This document shows, one piece after another, positions 50,601-61,481 of a stretch of DNA of 64,000 bases (position 1 is its first letter; each line of letters starts with the position of its first letter). The DNA is from Laetmonice hystrix (Eukaryota). The stretch covers positions 53,012,001 through 53,076,000 of the forward strand of contig OZ249436.1 of NCBI GenBank assembly GCA_965235115.1, read 5' to 3'. Both the position numbers and the translations under genes were made by a program. The notes under the pieces were generated by a model, which made no database searches, was not told the origin of the DNA, and saw only the letters and a program-made list of their open reading frames with translations.

Positions 50601-53600
50601 ACCAAAACAAGTTCGCGAGGCCTTAATGAACCAGTGTGCAAGCATCCTGGCCTGTTACCGCAAAAACTGTGCATCACCATCGTCTGTAGGTCAGCTGATC
50701 CTGCCAGAATGTATGAAACTGCTGCCAGTCTACACAAATTGTATTATAAAGAGTACCTGTCTACAGGGAGGTGAGTACAGTTCCAGTCTGCCATGTCGGG
50801 TCCGTGCATCCATCTCGACCAGGAGATCAGTAGAGCACCCACATCTCATTCTTTCGGTTAACTTTTACTGTTATGTGAGATAAGTCTGTGTTTCATAAAA
50901 TTTCCAAGCCAGAAAAATTGAAATTTTGTTTCTCTTTTCTAACAGGCACAGAGATCATGACCGACGACAGAAGCTATCAGATGAACCTTGTTAATTCCAT
51001 GAATGTACGTGATACATGTGTCTTCTTCTACCCACGGCTTCTTCCTCTGGTAAGATATTCTACCCTAAATGGGTTGAACTTTTTGTTATCTTGATTTATG
51101 TATGATATTTACTTTCCAAATATTGGTCCTAGTACTTAATTACATATGATTTTTTTGCAGCATGATGTAAAAGTTGATTCCAGTGCACTACCAGTGGCCA
51201 TCAGGTGCTCATACGAGAGGTTGAAAGACACAGGAGTTTACCTTCTAGGTATGACAGTCTGCCTTTCTTACAGAATGTTCTTGTTTGGGTTAGATTTTAA
51301 AATGTTGGGATATAATTGAAACATCAACTAGGTAAGATTTCTGAACCAATGTAGTCTTCATCATAAAGGTCTAGAAATCTGAGTTTGGGAGAACAGAGAG
51401 ACTTAACTTTAAGTGTGTTTTATCAGACAATAGCAGCAAAGCAGGAATTGATCCGATAGTGATCTAAACTTGAAATTCTGATATTTTGTTATACCAGAAG
51501 AGGGAATATTGCGATGATCATGAGCATCCATGATGTTGTTTGCAGAGAACGGCCTTATTATGTACCTGTGGATCGGCATGAACGTCAACCAAGAATGGGT
51601 CCAGGGTGTGTTTGGTGTACAGTCAGCAGCACAAATAGATATCGACAAGGTGGGTCTCGCATCAGGGTTTTGTGAACTTTTGTTGTCCTTTTGATTGTTG
51701 TCTCATGGATGTCATGTGGAACTTAGCAAATTTACTCAAGGGTGTGTGCATGTCACTTTAAACCCCTGCAGTGCCGTTAAACTCGGCTCATTTACTCATG
51801 AAGCTAGTTAGCACAATAAGCTTAGCAGCTTTTTATGGCTTTCTGAAGGTGCCTTCACCCCTTACATGCTTTCATTCGAAACAAAACTGAGTATTTTCCC
51901 TAATAGACTTGGCTTACTGAGAAGCTTGCCACTTGTTTAAGAAACGTTAATGCATGCATAGTCAAGTTCTGCTCCATAATTTTAGATTTACCCTGATAAG
52001 AAAGAAACCTAAAATTCTGTATTTTTTGAACCAATGGACTAGTAGAATTCTAAGAGTAGTAGGATAATTACTGAGGTCTAACCTGTATGAACCCAGTTGT
52101 TGTTATCAGTTTTTGTTGGAGGACATTGTTTATCCAGCCTTTGACGGTACAGACCCAGGGATCTTTCTTTCCAAGCCTCTTTCAAGAAGCATTCTAACAC
52201 TCCCCAGGTACCTTGTTTGTTGGATTATGTACCGTACGATACCTCTGGTGTGGCGGTGGATGGACTCGATCGAGGACAAGTCCATGATAATATCACCCAC
52301 GGGACACTGAGGGTACTTTATGTTAAGTGATGAGTTAGGTTTGTCAGACAAGTGTCCTAATTTTTCCAGCTAAACGCCATCGACACTGGAAGCACCGAGG
52401 TACGACCAATTTCAGAGAAGCTTTCCCTTTGTGGTCAAAGATATGCAGGCTTATATCATGGGCCTAAACCTATTCCCATACCCATGAAATCATAATTTAT
52501 TAATTACTGGTAGTACTAACCTGTCTGTGCACTTCTTTCTGTCAGAGGCCCATTACTTTTCCTATCTGCTGAGATGTGTCAAATAACAATGGGTGAGGTC
52601 AAATCTGAGAGTTAACTCTACGCCTGGATTATCCAGGTATTAGAAAAAGTGTTAACCTGGACCTTTAACACGAGGCTCCAGTTAACACTTTGACAACACC
52701 TAGTTAACACTTTGATTAAACTCAGGTAACACGTCGCTGACACATCAGTCACACCTGGGTCCCCACTCCCACAGGCGGTTAACACTTTATATAGGTTTTC
52801 TATGGTATTCCAAAGACACCTGGGACCTTACTGAGAGGGGACCCCTGTGTTTTAGGTGATGACACTGCTGAGACAGTGTTCATTCAGTGTTAAATAGACA
52901 CACAGGATGAGGTCAAATTTGGGATTCAACTTTTAGGTTTGACCTTACCCAATGTTTTGGCAACATCCAGATGGTTTGAATGTTTTCTTTTGACAGGACG
53001 AAAAACCTGCTTTTTGCATACACACATAATGTAAAAATGCAAGGGAAAAGTACTGTGACACGTGACATGTTTGAGTGCATGTAATTTTACAGATTTTGTG
53101 TGAAGCGGGATTGTCTAAAGTTCTCTGCAGTAACATGTCAAAGTTATGGTCAAAAATCTTATTTAGTATGGAAATTCCAATCAGATCTTTTCTGTCCACT
53201 GTAATTAATTGTGTTGGAGCACATTACCTTACTCTATTTCTAGTATATCCATATGTCCCAAAAGTTAGCCAGAAAGACCATTAAGCTGGGGGGGGGGGCA
53301 GTTTGGAAGCTCTCGTGTGCCTTTCTCTAAATTCACGACAAAGCATGCATGCATGTAAAGAGGCCAAAAAGATATTTTACCGATGATAACACCACCCTAG
53401 GTAACATAAATTTCATGTATCAGGGCTCGAAATACTTAAAAAGTTTTGATTCACAATAATTACTGGGTTCTCTGGTTTGTAGAAGCAGTAATGGGCAATA
53501 TTTTGTGACTCATCTCTTAATTTGATTCGCAATAGACTGATTTTGGCATGAAAATTGCAGTGCAAATCCGGTTAATTCGAGCCCTGTGTATTACGGTATG

Positions 53601-55499
53601 GTAATACAGTATCGCATCCCCAGAGTGTAACCCAATTCAGGGCCAATTCAAGCTCCCACCCATCCCTTTCTGCCGCATGTGCCTGCTCTCCTCCCACGAG
53701 TGAGATCATCTGGAGTAGAAAGTCCAGTTTCCCAAAAAAATTCCTCAGTATAGGGAATCTAATTTGTTCAAAAAGCCAATTTTAGTGATGTTTTTCCACA
53801 CACACTATATAGGTCACCATGTTACTGCTGAAGTGTAAAGGGAAGGGCTGAAACCTTTTCAGTGTTCTTGAACAACCCAAATGTCATTATTTGGAAAATG
53901 CCTTATAACTAGATATATTTACAGGAAAAGCAGACGTAGTGATGCTTCGATAATAATGCTTTGAGTAATACCATTTCCTATGCCCAATACCTTTTGATGT
54001 TTTTGAAATCTGCTAAAATTCGCTTGGTGTTATTTTAATGCTAACAAAGGATGAGTGCCTAACATTCTGCAAATTATCCAATCTGTTTTAATCCATTTAT
54101 CTGTCCAAGACTCGTTGAGTTGTCAAAGCAGCCTCTTTTATGTAGACACCATTTGCATAAATTTTTGTCTTGGTTAGTTGCTTGTCCTCTAAGTGCATTT
54201 AAAATAAATAACTAGAAGTAGTTTTTCCGGCATGATTCTGTGGTGCTTGGCCACAAACTCTAAGCAGGCACCAATGCATTATGCTTCTGAACGATGCAGC
54301 CTTAGAGGATTCCTTTTACTTTGGTTTGTAATTTTTGCCCTCTGTCACGGGACTCCTTTGTCGGTTTCTCCCCATCAAAAGTGGGTAACATCCCTGTCAT
54401 CCTTGATGGTGTAGACACCTATCCTGTGCCAGGTTGTAATAATATGTGCTTTAATAGAATGGACAGAGGTGAACTAAAAATCCAATCCTGCGAGTACAAG
54501 AATCATGTGGAAATAGATGTTATTCAGACTGTGTGAATTAGTTGGAGGGATTTCATAGTGGAGACTGATGCATTGCTATAGACACCATGAAACAAGTACT
54601 TCCCTTTTCTTTTAATCTACCCGGTACCTAAGTATATCATCTTACGCATCAAGATCATTTTAAAAATCAGACCTGCCCAAAAGTTTGGCTTTTTTAAACT
54701 TGTTTCTATGTCACTATATAAAGTTAAAATGTTATTGAAAATTTACAATGAAATTATTTTAAGCTAATTTTATTTTAATTCTCAGGATAGACATTCATCA
54801 AACTCTAGAAAAGTCGTTTATATATAAAGTGCTCACATGCATGGTTAGACTGGACCCCTGTGCCATTTGCCTTTCAGGGAGACTGTTGCATTAATTTCAA
54901 TTAGTTTGATATAGGACTTCTATTTGATTATTTTTTTTCTTCTCCAGTTATCTGGTGTTTTAGGGGAAAGGTGCGAAACCAACCCATTTTTTAGTTCAGT
55001 AATTGACAACACAAGATCCAGGAACTGGTCACAGATGCCACCATTCAGCCTACAAACATAGTTTTAAAACATCGATAGAAATTAAACTTATATATGGTTT
55101 ATTAAGTGTTTTTATAATTGCAGACACAACTGCAAGATCTAGATAGTACCCTATCACGAAGGATTCGTGGAATCGTCAAGAAAATACGAGAAGAAAGGCA
55201 CAGGCATATGAAGGTAAACAATTTATACACATCGAAGATTTAAAATATGTGAAATAATTGGATGTAATATTATGAAGTGGACAAAGTTTTATTTAAACTA
55301 CCAATGACAGCAATAACTTGCTGACCGTCATCTCAGTGATTCTCACTCTTGTTTCCAGCTTGTCATTGTTCGCCAGCGGGATAAGTTAGAACCCGTTTTC
55401 CAGCAATTTCTCATGGAAGATCGTGGTGCTGGAGGATCAGCATCCTATGTCGATTTCCTCTGTCACATTCATAAAGAAATCCGTAACCTGCTCAGCTAG
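41642..55499 (+). CDS. SEC24C: COPII cargo adaptor Sec24C/D-type protein, spliced, about 1248 aa
   Basis: 22 coding exons, GT-AG, frame continuous: 41642-41813, 42331-42418, 42669-42795, 43214-44275, 44460-44568, 45381-45508, 45662-45800, 46117-46232, 46487-46614, 46764-46842, 47154-47266, 47388-47598, 47875-48045, 48159-48255, 48475-48620, 50072-50210, 50576-50770, 50946-51049, 51161-51248, 51546-51649, 55124-55213, 55359-55499. Features: Pro/Gly/Met-rich N-terminus, [16 protein letters not shown], Zn finger [13 protein letters not shown], trunk [16 protein letters not shown] (the LIL motif typical of Sec24C/D) and C-terminal [18 protein letters not shown]. Confidence 0.95.
42838..42989. mobile_element. 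Small fold-back element in a SEC24C intron
   Basis: Inverted repeat ATAATATCTTTTCTGAAATTATCTG / CAGATAATTTCAGAAAAAATATTAT, with outer GTGCCATAC/GTGTGGCAC. Confidence 0.5.
44954..45349. mobile_element. hAT-like MITE with 6-bp TSD
   Basis: TIR CAGTGCTGCAA / TTGCAGCACTG with a perfect CAGTAG duplication. A second copy lies at 59760-61581 (inverted, with nested insertions). Confidence 0.88.
48719..49443. mobile_element. Tc1/mariner (pogo/Tigger-like) MITE
   Basis: TIR CAGTAGAACCTCAC / GTGAGGTTCTACTG, TA TSD and repeated ACGACCAC subterminal motifs. Confidence 0.88.
49765..49859. repeat. Imperfect palindrome of about 95 bp centred on GGCC-TTC-GGCC
   Basis: Arms TAATACAGAAATATACCGACCTAAAGGTCCCGTATCCCAT / ATGGGATATGGGACGTTCAGGTAGGTATATTTCCGTATTA. 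Confidence 0.8.
53421..53586. mobile_element. hAT-like MITE with 5-bp TSD
   Basis: TIR CAGGGCTCGAA / TTCGAGCCCTG with TGTAT on both sides. Confidence 0.75.
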
Positions 55500-57565
55500 A
55501 TGGATGCGGACATATTCAGCGTCATTGTAAATGGAAGGGGCAAGCTTTCTACGCAGGAAGAACAAACAGTTGATGACCCTTGCAAAGGACTCTGACAACA
55601 AAGGGCTGGTTTCTTGTTTTTTACCAGCCAAAAGATACCAAGAACGAATTCTTAAGAGACTCTGTAGATATTGAGGATGAAACAATATAGTTGAAGCCGG
55701 AATTGTAAAAAGGTTTGAATCGAATGGGTGGCTTATTTCATAAATGCTTAAAGGAGATGGAATACGTGATTAAGTCATGGAAGTCTTGATGTGCAAGCAG
55801 TGAGCCTGATGGTTTGGCTACAGACAATATATGTGCTATACATGTACATATTGTTTTCCAACCAGAAAAAGGACTATATTTATTTAGATGTTAACATGGG
55901 TTGGAATTAGTAACAGATTGGAGATTTAGTGAAAAATTCTACATTTGGTAACTAATTAATTGTTTCAACAATGAAATGTGACAGGTGTCGACACTTTATT
56001 CAGGTTCCTTCAGTCGCAGCCAGTTTTGGGCAATGGTCAATTTAACATCCTGTAAATACTGTAAGCAACGTAAAAACTACAATCATTGAAATGATCTGTA
56101 ATAATCAGTGTATTTGAATATATTTAATGAGTACATGAGTTGTTGAGGGATCAGCAACTGTGGCATTGACTTTCTCAAGTAGAGTGCGCATGCTCTTGAT
56201 AAACCCATGTGTACAGGATCGTTCCTGTTTGTGAAGTTTAGGAAGAACAGGAGCTGGTCCTCTGACTCAATGATTGCAGAGTTCGTGCCAAGTGTACATT
56301 AGGGCATATAACAAAACCCAGAATCTGTGTAAAGATGTAGGCCAAGCACGGTGGAGGGGAGGGAGGAGTAAACCAAGAACCTGATGTTTCCTGTTTGACG
56401 TGTCAGGAGTAGGAAAACTTGTGTGTAAGATCATCCAGTAATACCAAAATGCTGCTTGACACAATCGCCCTGAAATGTGGGGTGGGATAACGTATAGACT
56501 GAGAGTTGATAGAGAAGTTATTGTTACAAGAGTGACTAGGTTAATTGATCTGACTCTGGATGCCCCACAACTATCGAATCAAACCTCAGGTTCCACATTC
56601 TACCCAGTGCGTGCAACCCACTCATCAGATAGTACTCCATGATGTGATGAAGAAATGTATTTTATTACTGTATCGATGGACATGACCAATTGGAAGTATA
56701 CAGGATCAATTTTGCCATAGTTTTGTGCTGGTGAGTTAGTTGGTGTATCATACCGGGTTGCTGGGCAGAGGCCGATGTGGCACGTGTATGCTGAAGTTGT
56801 AAATTCAAAGAAACTTCAATATCAATGGTGGTGTATAAAAATAGCTGTCGGAAGGTCTTGGACACGTATCTGGGGGAATCTATCGTGAATTGGTGTTTGT
56901 CCTGACCTAGATAGGATCCTTGGAACCTAGCCAACTAATAATACCACAGCGTAACTGTGATTTATAAGCTGAAAGGACAAGAAGAGTAATTGTGTGTGGT
57001 TTGTGTGTCACAAACATGTAAGAACATGTTCAGTCGACGAACCACGGTTCTGTTATGCTGAAAGTCCTCCAATCATCCATGGGCTGCTTTAAAATGTTTT
57101 TAAAATCCTGTCAAATGTATATAATCTGCAAGTGACTATGTATAGGTATTTACTGCTTCGTTTGATACAATGTATTTTCAGAATAAATGGTGAACGTAAT
57201 GAGGTCGTGTCAGAATAGGCGTATCCTCCGTTATAAAGAGAGATATAACATGCCAGAGGTAGGCTCCCCCAGCGGGGCCTCAGGCTGGCGCAGTTTATAT
57301 ATTGTCAACTGAACATCCAGTTCTGAATGCATTACTAAAATTCCACAAAGTAACTACTGGGAACATCAGCAAAGATATTGTTTTATCCTTTATTACATAT
57401 TCTGGAGATGCCTTTTTTTATTATTTTTTAAACGGCAAGCAAGCATGTAGGTACGGCAAGACAAATTTTAAGGGGACTTGTATGTAGATTTATTCTGGAG
57501 TACAGAAGCTTAAGGTATAATACACAATGTACATCGTGTTGGTTAAAATACTTTGTTGAATTATC

Positions 57566-57571
57566 AATAAA
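57566..57571 (+). terminator. Candidate SEC24C polyadenylation signal AATAAA
   Basis: AATAAA with an upstream TGTA and a downstream GT/T-rich tract, about 2.1 kb after the stop codon. An alternative AATAAA lies at about 57182. Confidence 0.4.
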
Positions 57572-59332
57572 TCTTTAATCAAGCATGGGCAGCGCTGTCT
57601 GTATCTCTTTTGTAGGCAAATATTTCACACCACTTTCGAAGCTAATAGGTCTCCATACTAATTTTCAAATGAAGTGTTTTGAGGATGTGACTGCCCCCAC
57701 CCACGTACCGCGTCATAACATTAATGGGACTTTGTGAAAAGTTTGAGATCATGACATGGATAGCCCTCGGGTTTGAACTTGGGGCGTCCCTGCCTGCCAG
57801 GCTCCCGTCTTATTAAGCCTGACAACTTATTAGCCTGACAAAAAAAGAGGAATAATGCTCAGCTCGCTCAGCTCAGCTCTAACACCGGACTAAAGACGGG
57901 TAAAACAAGTACACAGTTTGGTGTTGCGGTCATAGAGTGGGAGCTTACGAAGGTGACTGAAAGTGGAAAATGGTTATAAGTCAGTGTTAGGAACCAGGGA
58001 TGGGACAGACATGGTGGCGCTAAAGTTGGAATGATTTATCCAAAACTGAAGTGACAACCCCTTCAGAAGATATTTCTTTACACGTAACACGAACTGGGAA
58101 TTTGAAACCAACCATGGATTGGGGAGGGGGGTTAGGGGATTTAACCCTCCCCCCTCTTGGCTTTTCTTTTTCCCCATAGACAATGCTGACCCCCCCCCCC
58201 CCAAGCAAATTCTCGCCCCCCCACCCCGACCCCTTTGCCAAAATCCTGCCATGATACATTGGTTCCCACCCAGTCCACGAGGTGGCGCTACTGTTGCACT
58301 TTATGAAGATAGGAAGCGCAATGAGCATGGTCTTTTTTTTTACTCGATACAAAAAGAGGCTAACCTCAGCATTCATAAGCACGGCGGAAGCAATTTCAGC
58401 TTGGGGGGGGGGCGCTACACTAAGTTCTGCCTCTGGGGATAAAACTAGTCAAAAAGACACCATTCCCCATTCTGGCTTATGTATTAACAAAACCAAACTA
58501 ACTAGCTTTAAATGACCAAAAATACTTAGTTTTCTCACTTCCTTATTCATTTTTGACTTCTTTTTTCAGAAAATGAAATTATTGGGGGGGGGGGGGGCTA
58601 TAGCCCCCCCCCCCGCCCCGCCGTGCCTGATTCGTAATCTCTGACTAAAGTAAAGATGATCAAGAAAACAGTGATTAGGCCTAGTAGTAGAACTAGAAGT
58701 CTAGGTGGTAATGAAAGAAGATTTATTTTTCTTATCTTATCTTATCTTTGTTCCTTCCTCATCTTCTTCTTTCTTTTTCTTCTTCTTTGGCCAGTTTTTA
58801 AAAAACATCTACCTCCCTTTCTTTGTGTTTCGGTTCATTGCAGTGGGTGTCGGCGCTCTCTGTGTTTTAGAATTTAGGCCAACTCTTCAATGTCCGGTTT
58901 GTAGGCGCACCTACTCGAAAAGCATGCTGGGATTGCCAAGTGCCTCGCCATCTTGTTTGTTTGCCAATGGCGAAGTCGGTTGTGACATGTAAATGCTTGA
59001 GGAATTATATGTTTACGAGACGTCTGTGTGATTAGAACAAGGGAGCCAAATGACAGTGATGTTAGTTGAGATTAAGGTTCTTTCTGTAACTTTTGCTGTG
59101 TGATAAACGCTGCAGTGACCCGGTGCACGGGGTTGCAGTCAGGTCGTCAGGGAAGCGAACTTGCAGGCAACGGAGAATTGAACACGAAAATGAATCGTGA
59201 CCAACGTGAAGGCACGCAGCATGACAGGCAGATACACTAGAAAGAGCGTACCTTTAGAAGTGTAAGTATCCTCGTTATAGTACGTTTGATGTTGTTCAAG
59301 TGATGAAAACAGGGATGTACACAATATCTACC

Positions 59333-59754
59333 CAGGGGTGGAAATTGGGGGAAATCACCTACTGGCAACTTAACAAGCAGGGCTAGTTAAGTAGAAATTT
59401 AACTAGCCCTGTTGTAAATGAACGAGCCAGCAGGGCGAGTTCAGGTGAAGGGTTACTCGCCCTCCACGTGTCCACTGCACGGCCATTCAACCCACAGAAA
59501 TCTGTACAGTCGAATGTGCTGTCTTGTGGCTCTAGAATGGAATTGGGCAACTGGAGAACTTAACAGACTAAGTTCTCTTCCCGGTAGTATCATGATGACT
59601 GCCATTGTGGGGGCAGGCGAGTGCAGGAAAAAAATCACTCGCCCAATAATTGTAGACAAATCGCCAGCAGGGCGACCTGAATGGTCAGACAAGGTCGCCC
59701 AACAGAAGTTTAACTCGCCATGGGCGAGCGGGCGAGCGGTAATTTCCACCCCTG
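59333..59754. mobile_element. Intact hAT-like MITE (422 bp)
   Basis: TIR CAGGGGTGGAAATT / AATTTCCACCCCTG with TCTACC on both sides. Confidence 0.88.
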
Positions 59755-59821
59755 TCTACCAGTGCTGCAAACAAGTTTCACTAACTAACTAACTTGGTGT
59801 CCACAGTCACACGCGAAATAC

Positions 59822-60926
59822 CATAGAACGTGTAACAAGGGGAAGGCCGACTTCCCCTACGTCACATATTATCGCTCAAAAGTCAAAACACTCGCGTTTT
59901 TCGCAGCGCCCCCACCGGGAAGGAGAGTCGATTCAGCGCGCACAACATGGACGGAGTCGTCCACTGTGACTCGCTGTGCTTTCCGCCAGTAGATCTCTAA
60001 AGTTATTTAACCCAAGAAAAATCGTAGACCTGTCGAAGAAAGACGCCTGTGTATGACGCCGTTTGAAGGCGGGGCTGTCAACTAGGCCTAGATCTTGAGC
60101 CTAGAACGAGAGGAATCTAGGCCTAGCTCCGGTGCAACTGTGCAAGGCTAGCCTAGCACTAGCAGTCTATACGGCGACATTAGGCCTAGACTCTACTGCT
60201 TTTAACTTAAACTGGATTCTGAATAAAGTGTAAAGGCAGTGGAGCTGAATGTAACAAAGGCTTGGAAAAGGTTTAAGTGCCCTAGGAAACTCTGAGATAT
60301 TTTAAAAATCTATTTTATCGGGCCCTGCGCACACCGTGATCGAGAGACCCAATCAGCGACGTCAGGAACAATGCACAATAGCGCTACGTCACAATGGGCC
60401 ACAATGGAATGTGATCATAACGGGCCCTAAATGATGGCGGACGGTGCTTCGCTTCGGCAGTTCAAACGCCCCTAACTGCTAAAATACACCAGGAAGAACG
60501 TCGAAACGTGATATAAGTGGATAAAATATTGAAACAAACACTGTCATAGACTTAGAATTGTTTAGCATGGTCTCTCCTTTCTCAATCCAAGACTGTCATC
60601 GCCAGAGATCGGGAAAGTTTGTGACGTTACAATTTCGTACCCTCATAATCTGAGTTTTCTTTCGTAAATCATGAAAAGATTAAGTAACAGATGTGAATGT
60701 GAATGCCATATACTTTTATAGATTATAAAATTAATTTGATATAATTTGTGCATCCAGGGACACAATAGACAAGGCCATTGCCCATGTTTACACTTTCAGG
60801 TGCTTGGGCCAAGGCAAATGACATTACGTCTCTCCTCACCGGTGGGGGCGCTGCGAAAAACTTGACACTACTAGCGCCCCAAGCGGCACAAGCGAGAGTC
60901 GGCCTTCCCCTTGTTACAGTTCTATG
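59822..60926. mobile_element. Non-autonomous DNA transposon with CATAG termini (P-element-like), 7-bp TSD
   Basis: TIR of about 30 bp (CATAGAACGTGTAACAAGGGGAAGGCCGACT / AGTCGGCCTTCCCCTTGTTACAGTTCTATG) with GAAATAC duplicated. Confidence 0.85.
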
Positions 60927-61302
60927 GAAATACCAAGATCTAGAGTCGAGAGTCTAATTCTAATTAATCTAGATCTAGATCTATTGGAATTTGGACCGGA
61001 CCAGTATTTTAAAAGGTCCAGATACTTAGTGGTCCACCTCAAATTTTGGTGGTCCAACCTGACAACGAAAGAGACCATTTTTTAAGTTTATAAATGGCTC
61101 TCAAATCCTTGTTACCTTTAAATGTAATTGACCTCTAGCTTGTGGTAAATAATGTGTAAGACCTCCTCCCCTGCTCCCTCTCCTCCTCCCCTCTTTCAAG
61201 GACTCCCCTCCTCCAACTGAAACCCATCTTTTGCCATCTTTGAAAGTGGATCGGCACCTCCTAACATGTTTTAAACCTGTGTCCACCCCCCCCCCTCCAG
61301 CT

Positions 61303-61481
61303 GGCCCCGGTTTTTAGTTCGTCATTTTAACAATCTTAAGACTGGAATTTTAAGACTGTCTTGTGTTATAGTCTCTCATTGGCTGACTGCATTTGAAGGA
61401 CCAATCAGAAGCTTGGAAACAATAGTTCAATCTTAAGATTTGAATCTTAAGACTCGGTTTGCAAACTAAAAACCCGGGTCC
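61303..61481. mobile_element. MITE with CTTAAGA internal repeats
   Basis: Ends GGCCCCGGTTTTTAGTT / AACTAAAAACCCGGGTCC. Homologous to 11483-11630. Confidence 0.7.

Noticed and set aside
52327..52420. Intronic C/D snoRNA from GTGATGA
   Set aside because: No D box or terminal stem at a suitable distance.
57760..57900. tRNA gene (B-box-like GTTCAAAC on the minus strand)
   Set aside because: No cloverleaf can be formed. At most a decayed tRNA-derived SINE.
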